Of a stretch of 62,158 bases of DNA, positions 9,179 to 17,596 are shown one piece after another. The position numbers and the translations under genes were made by a program. The stretch is taken from contig JAFGIK010000072.1 of the NCBI GenBank assembly GCA_016929645.1, positions 1 to 62,158 on the forward strand, given 5' to 3'. The DNA comes from Candidatus Dojkabacteria bacterium. GTDB lineage: Bacteria > Patescibacteriota > Dojkabacteria > SC72 > JAFGCJ01. The notes beneath the pieces are model-generated. The model saw only the letters and a list, made by a program, of their open reading frames with translations, ran no database searches and was not told the DNA's origin. How positions within the stretch are numbered: the stretch's first letter is position 1; each line of letters starts with the position of its first letter.

Positions 9179-9584
9179 GATTTAAAAACTCTTGTAATAT
9201 TATTGCTGCTGCGACGTCATCTTTGTGGGATTTTGCTTGTCTTTTGTGCGGACGGGCAGCTGCTAAACTAGAAAACTCTACCATATTTTGGGCCTGTTGG
9301 GTAGAAAAAGTTTCATCCCAAAATTCGATATTAATCTGAGTTATTTCTTGAACTTTTTGGGCAAATGATTGAACTCTTTTTTGATTTTCTTCGTTTGCGA
9401 AAGATGATAGACCTATGATTATCTTTTTAACTTCAAGTTTCTGGCAAATTTCATTAATATTGTCGATTGCCTGCCTGTCGGATTTCCTTTTTATGATCAA
9501 GTGAGGTTGGGCAATTATGCCTTTTTCGTCAGAAATCGCTATGCCTATATTTTTTGTGCCAAAATCAATTGCTAAATGTCGCAT
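9162..9584 (-). CDS. ruvX: YqgF/RuvX family nuclease (Holliday-junction-resolvase-like, pre-16S rRNA processing)
   Basis: MRHLAIDFGTKNIGIAISD, a length of 140 aa and the terminal DDVAAAIILQEFL are typical of RuvX. The alaS-ruvX-mltG order matches that known in Firmicutes. Confidence 0.8.
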   Translation of the reverse strand: MRHLAIDFGTKNIGIAISDEKGIIAQPHLIIKRKSDRQAIDNINEICQKLEVKKIIIGLSSFANEENQKRVQSFAQKVQEITQINIEFWDETFSTQQAQNMVEFSSLAAARPHKRQAKSHKDDVAAAIILQEFLNHEKSC

Positions 9585-9634
9585 TGATGTATTTTAACAT
9601 GGATAGTGACGATTTGTTTTCTTGTCATATTTTT

Positions 9635-11428
9635 TTACCCCACCACCGCCTTAATCCTCTTTACTCCAGCGCCTACATTTTCCTGCTTTACTATTTTGAA
9701 GCTGCCAAGATCCTTGGTGTTTTGAACATGAGGGCCGCCGCAGATTTCTATAGAGATGTTTTTGTCGCCACGCCCGATAAAGTAGACTTTGACAATTTCG
9801 CCATATTTTTCTGTAAAAGCAGAGTGGGGTGCGAGTTCCAAAGCCTTTTGTTTGTCCATTTCTTCGAAATATACCTCAAGACCGGTGTTTATCTGTTCAT
9901 TTATGATATCTTCGACCTGTTTGACTTGTTCTGGTGTCAGCTTGGTATCATTCGGGAAATCAAACCTAAGCCGATCTGGATTAATGTTGCTTCCAAGCTG
10001 TTTTACGTGGTCTCCTAGGACTTTTCGTAATGCTGCGTTAAGCATATGGGTTGCCGTATGATATTTTTTTGACATTTCCGATGTATCAGCAAGGCCACCT
10101 TTGAAAAATCCTTTTGCTGCTGAGCGTGATTTTTCTTTATGTGAGTTGAAAGCATTTTCAAAATCTTCTGTGTCGATTTTATTAAGTCCTTTTTCTTCAA
10201 GAATTTCTTGAGTTATCTCAATTGGAAATCCATATGTCTCGTATAGATAAAATGCATCTTCTCCTGAAATTTTGTTATTTTCTTGAATAAATTTATCAAG
10301 TTTTTTCATGCCGTCGTTTATTGTTGCCTTGAATTTTGATTCTTCTTCTTTGATAACGTCAATAATTTGCTGTTTTTCATCGGCTAATTTTGGATAAATT
10401 GGGCTGAACTGATCAATTGCGACTGTTGCAACTGTATCGGATAGATTTTCAGTAATGCCTAGCTGTCTTGCATGTCGGACTGATCTGCGGATAAGTCGTC
10501 GAAGAATGTAGCTTTGCTCGGTTCTTCCTGGTGTAATACCATCCATTATCATCCATGTGGCAGCCTTTATGTGGTCAACGATAACTCTTTGTGATTTGGT
10601 GTTCTCGTTTGAGCTTATGCTCTTAACTTTTTCTAAAATTGGTAAATAAATGTCTGTGGAGAAAACGCTTTCTGTATTTTGCGAAATGTAAGCGTATCTA
10701 TCAAGACCTCCACCAAAATCAATATTATGTCGATCCAATTTTGAATAATTTCCATCTTTTTTGAGATATTCCATGAATACATTATTGCCAAGTTCTGTGT
10801 ATTTTCCGCATCCACAGCTAGTATTGCAATCAGGGTTGCATTTTGGTTTTCCCGTATCGTAAAAAAACTCAGAGCATGGGCCACATGGACCTCCGCTTTC
10901 AAGCTCCCACCAATTGTGTTTTTTGTTATCGCCAAGCGGTTGAATGCGCTCTTGTGCACCAACTTCTGCTGCTATTCCATAACTTTTGAAAATTTCTTTC
11001 CATGTGTCGATAGCACACTGATCTATTCCTATGTTTTTATCTCCTTCGTATACAGAAGCATAGATATTGCTAATATCAAAACCAAGCTCATTAATAAAAA
11101 ATTCTACAGACCATTGGAGAGCTTCTTTTTTAAAGTAATCATTTAAGGACCAATTTCCAAGCATTTCGAAACTTGTGCAATGAATATCATCTCCAACTTC
11201 GTCAATATCTATTGTTCGAATACATCGTTGGACATTTGTGAGTCTGGTGCCTGACGGGTGTTTTTCTCCAAGCAAAAATGGTACAAGCGGGACCATTCCT
11301 GCGTTAACGAAGAGCAGAGTAGGGTCATTCTCTGGTACTAGTGGAGAATTTGGAATTTCAATGTGACCTTTACTTATCATGAATTTGAGAAACTTCTCTC
11401 GTATCTCAAGGTAGCTTAATGTTTTCAT
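9635..11428 (-). CDS. alaS: Alanine--tRNA ligase, short form ending after the editing domain (no C-Ala domain)
   Basis: Class II AlaRS N-terminus (FLKFMISKGHIEIPNSPLVPENDPTLLFVNAGMVP, FEMLGNWS). Editing-domain motifs are HTATHMLNAALRKV and ICGGPHVQNTKDLGSFKIVKQENVGAGVKRIKAVVG, which lies at the very C-terminus. Length is 597 aa. Confidence 0.9.
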   Translation of the reverse strand: MKTLSYLEIREKFLKFMISKGHIEIPNSPLVPENDPTLLFVNAGMVPLVPFLLGEKHPSGTRLTNVQRCIRTIDIDEVGDDIHCTSFEMLGNWSLNDYFKKEALQWSVEFFINELGFDISNIYASVYEGDKNIGIDQCAIDTWKEIFKSYGIAAEVGAQERIQPLGDNKKHNWWELESGGPCGPCSEFFYDTGKPKCNPDCNTSCGCGKYTELGNNVFMEYLKKDGNYSKLDRHNIDFGGGLDRYAYISQNTESVFSTDIYLPILEKVKSISSNENTKSQRVIVDHIKAATWMIMDGITPGRTEQSYILRRLIRRSVRHARQLGITENLSDTVATVAIDQFSPIYPKLADEKQQIIDVIKEEESKFKATINDGMKKLDKFIQENNKISGEDAFYLYETYGFPIEITQEILEEKGLNKIDTEDFENAFNSHKEKSRSAAKGFFKGGLADTSEMSKKYHTATHMLNAALRKVLGDHVKQLGSNINPDRLRFDFPNDTKLTPEQVKQVEDIINEQINTGLEVYFEEMDKQKALELAPHSAFTEKYGEIVKVYFIGRGDKNISIEICGGPHVQNTKDLGSFKIVKQENVGAGVKRIKAVVG

Positions 11429-11482
11429 TGTGTTTTAATAATAAATTATTTTGTGATTGCTGGTTGTGGGCGAGTTTTTTTG

Positions 11483-11815
11483 AAAAAAAAACTCGCCCAT
11501 ACATACTAACCTTTCAGTATGCAAGGACGAGTTTTCATCGTGTTACCACCTTGTTTTGTATAAATATTACTATCTATACCTTGTTAACTGACTTTTATAA
11601 AATTTGCATTTTTCTAAAATCCTGCAAATCTAAACATCAGTGTCTCATTTTTTTGTCTCAGTGAGCTTCTGAGAGAAGTTAATAATTAAAAATTTATGAA
11701 ATTCAGGAGAAAAACGAACTTCAATAAATTTTAATAATTCCTTCTACTGCTCGTGGATTGGCCTCTTAAGAAATTCATCTTTCAGATCTTTCCAGTCAAT
11801 GCAATTATTAAATTA
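11483..11815 (-). promoter_or_regulatory. T-box riboswitch leader (alanine-specific) controlling alaS
   Basis: On the minus strand the antiterminator is AAGG[UGGUAAC]ACGA-UGAAAAC-UCGU-CCUU (11552-11523), with core GGUGGUAACACG versus consensus GGUGGUACCGCG. The alternative terminator pairs AAAACUCGUCC (11535-11525) with GGGCGAGUUUU (11498-11488), followed by a U-run to 11483. Ala codons GCC-A (11762-11760) and GCU (11666-11664) sit in upstream loops. The downstream gene is alaS. Confidence 0.75.
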
Positions 11816-11820
11816 ATAGA

Positions 11821-11849
11821 ATTATACAATCTATAACAATCTTTCGCAA
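11821..11849 (-). promoter_or_regulatory. Sigma70-type promoter TTGCGA-N17-TATAAT for the alaS T-box leader
   Basis: The reverse complement of 11821-11849 reads TTGCGA aagattgttatagattg TATAAT. It lies directly after the stop of the upstream gene. Confidence 0.5.
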
Positions 11850-11851
11850 TT

Positions 11852-14800
11852 TCAAGATCTTTTTGAACCAGCATCAAAGCTTCTTAAGACTTCTGGTGGT
11901 GGTTCTGGTTTACCGTTATTTTCTGATATCTGAGATGGGTTCATTCCTTGTGGTTTTTGAGAATAAGCAGAGAGATCTTTTTTCTTCTCTGGTTTTCCTG
12001 AATTCTCTGGTGTAGTAGGTGGAACTTCGTCTTGCAACTCTTTGTCAGATGGGAATATTGACCCGTCTGTTGTAACCTTGGTAAATGCATTTTGAACATC
12101 AGCTTCTGTCAAATCTGAAATATCTGTTGTTTTTACTGCTGGTTCAGTATCCATTGTTGAATTAATTGATGAATTTGCTGAAACTGTTGGTTGTTGATTT
12201 TGAGGATAATTCAAATTGCTAGTTTGATTAGTGGGATCTTGGTTTAAGATTGGTACAGATAGGTTTCCATCATCTGGTATTGTGTTATTTGTAGGCAATG
12301 TTGTTGATAATGAATTCATATCTATAGCGTTTTTATCAACAGGTGTATTTGGCGTATTATTATTATTTTCTGGCTCTGTGATTTTATTAATCTCTTTATT
12401 TTCTTGGGTATCAAAATCGCTTGTTGGTGCAGTTGATACAAATTTGATTTCCTGATTTTTTGCCAGATTATCGGCATCTAACTCATTAATGGCTCGATCA
12501 TTTATATCATTTACTACCTGTTTGTCTTGTGCTGGCTTTGCGCTAATTTCGGGTGATTGTTGTACTTCGGGTTCTTTATTGATTATTTCTTTGGTAACAA
12601 TAGGTCTCTCCGTATCTTCTGTATAAGAAGGGAATACTACTGGTACTGGTGCGATATTAATATTTTGAACAGGTTCGGTAGATTGTGGTAATGTATCTTG
12701 ATCAGTATTTTGAGTATCTTTTACATTAGTAGGTGTCTCTGTTGGTCCAAAATTGTATATACCATTGTCAGCAATTAACTCAGGCTCTTTTTCTTTGGGT
12801 TCGACCATTCCTACAGGCGCTATTGGACTTGGCTCTATTGGTTTGGATTGAAGCGGTGATGGTCCTATTGGTTCATTAGATTTATATGACGAATCAAAAT
12901 ATTCCTCTTCTTCTCTTGATCGTACCCAGGCCGAGTAGAGCATCCAAGGAACCATTATTGCAAGAAGAATAATGACGAGTCCTATTGCTAGAAGTAGTCC
13001 TAAATTCTTTGAAATCTTTAATCCAAGAATATTTATATAATCTTCGCTTTCCTTTTCACTAGTAGATTCTTCTTCTATTGTGAATGTCCATGTTTTCTGT
13101 GCCTGTTTTCCCTCAGTATCTGTAAATGTTACTAAAACTTTATGGCTACCATATTCAATTGGTTTATCTGGTTCATAAACAATAGAGCCTTCAAATTCAC
13201 CTTCTCCTCGAACTTCTACTTTGTCTGTAATGTCTTGATCATCTAGTTTTATGGTAACTGATCCCTCATCAATAGTATTGCCAGTGGAAGCAAATAGTTC
13301 TGCATAAATAAGTGGTTTATTTTCTTTGATTTTGCTGTTATTTGCTGGTTTAACATTTTTTACTTGAGGATAACTCTCTTCAATTGTTGGCTTTCCTTTA
13401 TCGTCATCCTTGCCACTGTCACCACCATCTCCTCCTGCTTTGCCACCAGGGACAGTGATTACACCTGATATCCCGTATCCTATTCCTACAGGAGATTGGT
13501 TATCTGTAGCTTTTACAACGATATAGTAGGTGCCAGGGGCAATGTCTCCTGTGTTCCAAATGTAAGCATTGTAATCGTAGCCGATATTTCCAGCAATTAA
13601 TGTCCAGGTAGATTCATTTGTAGGATCTGTTGCAAGATACACATCATATCGAATTATCTGATTTCGATCTGTTGCATTCCATTCAATTCTTACTTGTTGA
13701 TTCTTTTGTATTTGTGTATTTGCTGTAGGTTGAACTACTGTTACTACTGGGGTATCGTTTGATGGTGAATCCACATTTAAGACCCAAATTTGAGTAGAGT
13801 AGTGATCATGATATCCGTCGTTTAGTGATAGTACTATTTTAAAGCTTCCTGCTCTATCTGCAGTACCAGAGAATGTACCTCTAAATTCTCCATCTTCATT
13901 TTTATTTAACGAAAAGTTAATCCAGCCAGAATCATTAATCACCATGTATTCAATTGCATCCTCTTCTGGGTCAATTGCTTCTACGGTATATGAGTATGTT
14001 TGTCCTACTGCTATTGATGTGCCTGGATTAGAATCTTGGTAGGGATCTGTCTGATATTCTGGAGAGCCGTTATCTCCGGGTAATATTACAAATACTCCAA
14101 TGTCCTTGGTATCGCTTGGCTCCAAAACGCCTGTACTTGTAAGTTCGTCAATACAGCGAGTTGTTTTACCGCTTGTATCCATAATTTCTGCGTAAATTTC
14201 ATATTTTCCTGTGTCCTGATAGGTATACCTTAGTGGTGGAGTGCTATCTTTGTTTATTAAAACTTCGTTTTCGTTTGAAAAATCCCATTGCAAAGTATTC
14301 TCAATATCGCCATCCTTTTTTACTGTGAACTTCACTGCGGATATTCCATCATCTCTATCATAACCTTGAACAATATATGAATTTTCATATCCTTGAGGTA
14401 TTGATTCTCGGTTAGTACCATTAAACATTAATGTACATGTTGGTGCCTGATTTTCATATTGGTCTTCAACATTCAAGGTGAAAGACTGAACATCGCAAAA
14501 ATATTTACCTTCATTGTCTTGATCAGGGGAGACTGCGGTTACAGTAACCTGATATGACGTTTGTTCTATTGTATTTGGATTCTGCCAGACTAATGTCTTT
14601 TGGTCAGCAGCGATGGTTAGTTCAGAAGGTGGATTGTTTTCTATATTGTCACATGCATCTCCACATTTATTTGAATCACATCCTAGTTCTATTTCAGAAC
14701 TAATGGAATTTTTACCCGCTGTTTCTAGTTTTACTTCGTACTGTATTCCAGAGTAGGCTGTATTTACATCTTCTTTGGAAAAATCTGTTGTGAAATATAC

Positions 14801-14935
14801 AGGTTGTACTTCTTCCGCTGCTTTGTTTCTGATATCTTGTATTGTTTGTGCTCCTATTACAAAAAGAGGTAATGCTCCAAGTAGGAGCAGAGTTGAAATC
14901 AGTGTAAGTTTTCTACTTTCTTTCATTTTGGACAT
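11852..14935 (-). CDS. Giant type-I membrane surface protein (Ig-like/PKD-like beta-sandwich ectodomain, single TM, long disordered cytoplasmic tail)
   Basis: 1027-aa ORF with signal peptide LTLISTLLLLGALPLFVIGAQT. He_PIG-like segments are present (GQTYSYTVEAIDPEEDAIEYMVINDSGWINF). The TM helix LGLLLAIGLVIILLAIMVPWMLYSAW is followed by about 365 aa of P/E/T/N/Q-rich low complexity. Confidence 0.6.
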   Translation of the reverse strand: MSKMKESRKLTLISTLLLLGALPLFVIGAQTIQDIRNKAAEEVQPVYFTTDFSKEDVNTAYSGIQYEVKLETAGKNSISSEIELGCDSNKCGDACDNIENNPPSELTIAADQKTLVWQNPNTIEQTSYQVTVTAVSPDQDNEGKYFCDVQSFTLNVEDQYENQAPTCTLMFNGTNRESIPQGYENSYIVQGYDRDDGISAVKFTVKKDGDIENTLQWDFSNENEVLINKDSTPPLRYTYQDTGKYEIYAEIMDTSGKTTRCIDELTSTGVLEPSDTKDIGVFVILPGDNGSPEYQTDPYQDSNPGTSIAVGQTYSYTVEAIDPEEDAIEYMVINDSGWINFSLNKNEDGEFRGTFSGTADRAGSFKIVLSLNDGYHDHYSTQIWVLNVDSPSNDTPVVTVVQPTANTQIQKNQQVRIEWNATDRNQIIRYDVYLATDPTNESTWTLIAGNIGYDYNAYIWNTGDIAPGTYYIVVKATDNQSPVGIGYGISGVITVPGGKAGGDGGDSGKDDDKGKPTIEESYPQVKNVKPANNSKIKENKPLIYAELFASTGNTIDEGSVTIKLDDQDITDKVEVRGEGEFEGSIVYEPDKPIEYGSHKVLVTFTDTEGKQAQKTWTFTIEEESTSEKESEDYINILGLKISKNLGLLLAIGLVIILLAIMVPWMLYSAWVRSREEEEYFDSSYKSNEPIGPSPLQSKPIEPSPIAPVGMVEPKEKEPELIADNGIYNFGPTETPTNVKDTQNTDQDTLPQSTEPVQNINIAPVPVVFPSYTEDTERPIVTKEIINKEPEVQQSPEISAKPAQDKQVVNDINDRAINELDADNLAKNQEIKFVSTAPTSDFDTQENKEINKITEPENNNNTPNTPVDKNAIDMNSLSTTLPTNNTIPDDGNLSVPILNQDPTNQTSNLNYPQNQQPTVSANSSINSTMDTEPAVKTTDISDLTEADVQNAFTKVTTDGSIFPSDKELQDEVPPTTPENSGKPEKKKDLSAYSQKPQGMNPSQISENNGKPEPPPEVLRSFDAGSKRS

Positions 14936-15063
14936 TAATACAATATATACTATTAATTGTGTTCAAATCAATGAGTACCTGATTTTGACACGTTTGCTTA
15001 TCAGAAATTAAATTGATTTGACTTAAGTCTTCTTGTTTCGGATGTTTTTTAAAATTACGGGTC

Positions 15064-16380
15064 TTATTGTGTTGTCCCTCTTATTTGAGCATTTTTTTCA
15101 TTGATTGTCTCTGTTGCTTCCATAAGTGCTGCGTTTTCATTTGATCTTCCATCAACGACATCGCTAATAGCTTTATTTATTGCAGCTTCTGCTGTACTTT
15201 GGTCAACCATTTTCCAGCTTTCCATTGTTGGAGCCATCCTGATAAATGCTCCGACATATGGGTCGTTTGAAATGCTGCTTGCCATGTCTATTCTCGAATA
15301 TGGTTCTCCGAAAGTTCGATTTTTTGAAGCTGCGGCATACATTGATTCCAATTGTTCCTTTTCGCTTAAAAATTCAATAAACTTCCATGCTTCAAGTTGA
15401 TTTTCCGATTGTATTGAAACTGCATCACCCCAATACATTGAATAATTAATATCCACGTCGCTTCCTGCTATCTGTGGTAATTCAGCTACTTCAAAGTTGA
15501 CTGCTGAGTTCATATTAAAAATGTCAAAAACTCTCCAGCTTGGAGCAAACATGATTGCAAGTTTGCCTTCAATAAACATATTCAAATCATTTGGCAGTGA
15601 GCAAGACCAAACTTCATGTTCGTTTACATAATCCGTATAGACTTTTAGTGCTGTCTGCCCGCGAGTATTGTTAAATGTCGCTTCAGAGTAATCAGAATTT
15701 GTCATTGTCACGTTATTTTGAAGCATCAATGCAAACATGATATCTGCGGAGTGGTTAATGTTATTTGAACATCCGAGTGCAGCACCTGCTTGAGTAATGT
15801 TTCCTGAATAATCTGTGAGCGTAAGCTCTTTAGCAACTTCAATTAAGGTATCCCAATCTTTTGGTGGTTCTGTGATACCTGCTTTTTCAAAAATATCTTT
15901 GTTGTAGTACATTGCAAGCCCATCAATTTCAAGAGGAATTGCGTAAATATTGCCATCTGATCCTGTAAAGTCATCTTTTGCAGTTGGGTAAAATGCTTGT
16001 TGATATTCTGATGCAGTCATTACTTCAGAGGGAAGGGATGCCAATCTGTCTTCGAATTTATATGTCCAGGTATTGTTAATTCTAACTATGTCTGGTGTGG
16101 TGATTTCTGTATTTCCTAATCTTTCATAAAGATTATCTTCGTATTGGGTAATTCTCTTTTGCTCATACTTAATTGTTATGTTTGGATGTTGAGATTCGTA
16201 TTCATCTATGACCTCCTGCATATGAGCATCTGGCTCCCATAGTCCCCAATAAACAAGTTCTATTTGATCTCCACTTGTACTTTTTCCACTCTTGTTTTTG
16301 CTAAATATTACAAAGCCAATAATTGCTAAGATGATTAAAAGTACAGCACCACCGATGAGTAACATTTTTTTCTGATCCAT
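15064..16380 (-). CDS. ABC-transporter extracellular solute-binding protein (family 1, sugar type), membrane-anchored, orphan
   Basis: N-terminal TM helix (MLLIGGAVLLIILAIIGFVIF) is followed by the typical SBP_bac_1 layout (ELVYWGLWEP, PDIVRINNTW, GNIYAIPLEIDGLAMYYNKDIFEKAGI, MFAPSW). No permease or ATPase gene is adjacent. Confidence 0.7.
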   Translation of the reverse strand: MDQKKMLLIGGAVLLIILAIIGFVIFSKNKSGKSTSGDQIELVYWGLWEPDAHMQEVIDEYESQHPNITIKYEQKRITQYEDNLYERLGNTEITTPDIVRINNTWTYKFEDRLASLPSEVMTASEYQQAFYPTAKDDFTGSDGNIYAIPLEIDGLAMYYNKDIFEKAGITEPPKDWDTLIEVAKELTLTDYSGNITQAGAALGCSNNINHSADIMFALMLQNNVTMTNSDYSEATFNNTRGQTALKVYTDYVNEHEVWSCSLPNDLNMFIEGKLAIMFAPSWRVFDIFNMNSAVNFEVAELPQIAGSDVDINYSMYWGDAVSIQSENQLEAWKFIEFLSEKEQLESMYAAASKNRTFGEPYSRIDMASSISNDPYVGAFIRMAPTMESWKMVDQSTAEAAINKAISDVVDGRSNENAALMEATETINEKNAQIRGTTQ

Positions 16381-16466
16381 ATTGTGTTTAGTAAAATTTT
16401 AATCTTATTTATTAATAATTTCTAATATTTTCCTTATAAGCGTTCCCCTTCTATCGTATCAGCAGG

Positions 16467-17303
16467 CTAAACTCTCTCTGCAATTACAATTAATCTCTGT
16501 GTTCCTATACCATTAGGTGTGCAAGTCATCAAGGTTATGGTTTCTTTTCCTGGGGTTCCAATAATGACTTCGAAATCTTTTGGGTCAATAACTTTTATCT
16601 TTTGAATAACATATTCCAAGTCTTCGCCATTTTTAGTTATTGTTACCGTATCGGCAATTTCGGTGTTTTCAAGTTTCGAAAAAACAGTCTCTACATTGTT
16701 TTGATTGGCCTGAAACCAGGAATCAACAGCACTGTGACCATAAATAAAAGAATTTCCACCGCCATCTCCTGGTATGACTGTGCCTTTAAAATGAGCCAGA
16801 CCTTTTTTTAATGCATTGTCGTAAACTTTTTCATCGTAGCTATCAACGTTCGGAGTTATTGGAACATTATTTATCCCAATGCTTGGAATACTCAAATACA
16901 TTGTATCGGAATAGTCTTCGTCAATGTAAATTTGACTATTGGCATTGTTTGCTGCTGATGCGATTTCTGGATTATAGTCAGGACTTACGTGTTGGATTAT
17001 ATTTTGAAAATAACTGATTCCTGGATCATAATATGGCAGCTCGTTTTTGGCTGGTGCCATTTCTTGTGATGTTGCTGGATCTTTAATATTGTTATTACTA
17101 TTTTCTCTTACTTTCGCTGAAAGTAAAGAGATTCCAATTGGAGCCAGTTGAGACAATAGTATTATTGAGCCTGAAATTGCAAGAACAGAAGAAAGAAAAA
17201 ACTTTGCTGATTTCAGCTTTTCTTTCTGATTCTCCTGTTTTTTTACCTTTTGTTCATCGATTAGCTCTGTATTTGTGTTGCTGGTACCAAAACTCATGTT
17301 CAT
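16467..17303 (-). CDS. Sortase family transpeptidase
   Basis: N-terminal TM helix is present. The catalytic His context is NSFIYGHSAV, the catalytic Cys motif is ITLMTCTPNG, and the conserved Arg is in GTQRLIVIAERV. Confidence 0.8.
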   Translation of the reverse strand: MNMSFGTSNTNTELIDEQKVKKQENQKEKLKSAKFFLSSVLAISGSIILLSQLAPIGISLLSAKVRENSNNNIKDPATSQEMAPAKNELPYYDPGISYFQNIIQHVSPDYNPEIASAANNANSQIYIDEDYSDTMYLSIPSIGINNVPITPNVDSYDEKVYDNALKKGLAHFKGTVIPGDGGGNSFIYGHSAVDSWFQANQNNVETVFSKLENTEIADTVTITKNGEDLEYVIQKIKVIDPKDFEVIIGTPGKETITLMTCTPNGIGTQRLIVIAERV

Positions 17304-17470
17304 ATTTTAGCATAAAAGACTTGTGTATAAGTTGATATACATACATAACATATAATTGTTGTGAACTTTTCTTTTTGTGGCTATTAAATTTACAATATTA
17401 AGTTATCTATTGCTCAGGCATATCAATATATACGATATCTGGTTGGAATTTTCCTGAAAATTGTATATCA

Positions 17471-17497
17471 TTAGCAATTGATGTCTTGGTTTGCTAT
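17471..17497 (+). promoter_or_regulatory. Degenerate CIRCE-like inverted repeat upstream of dnaJ
   Basis: TTAGCA(17471-76)-N15-TGCTAt(17492-97) has the same outer half-sites and spacing as CIRCE (TTAGCACTC-N9-GAGTGCTAA). The inner CTC/GAG positions are not conserved. It lies 100 nt upstream of the dnaJ ATG. Confidence 0.3.
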
Positions 17498-17596
17498 TTT
17501 TGTTTGTGCTATTATTTTTACTATTTTAAATATCTTAAGTAAGATTGTGTGTGTAAGTTTTGATTTCGAGCAATATTTCAAATAATTATTAGTAAT

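Noticed and set aside
9554-10061. Plus-strand ORFs 9554-10018 and 9789-10061 opposite alaS and ruvX
   Set aside because: They are antisense to the confidently identified alaS, and their translations have no recognisable features. These are typical AT-rich shadow frames. The same reasoning applies to the other short ORFs nested in dnaJ, pnp, infB, the Lon-like gene and others.
11468-11498. GGGCGAG-T7-G-A9-CTCGCCC palindrome as a simple bidirectional terminator for the 1027-aa gene
   Set aside because: It lies 350 nt downstream of that gene's stop but only 40-70 nt upstream of the alaS ATG. Its 5' arm (minus strand) is also the 3' strand of the T-box terminator. I therefore interpret it as part of the T-box expression platform (see finding) rather than as an independent terminator.
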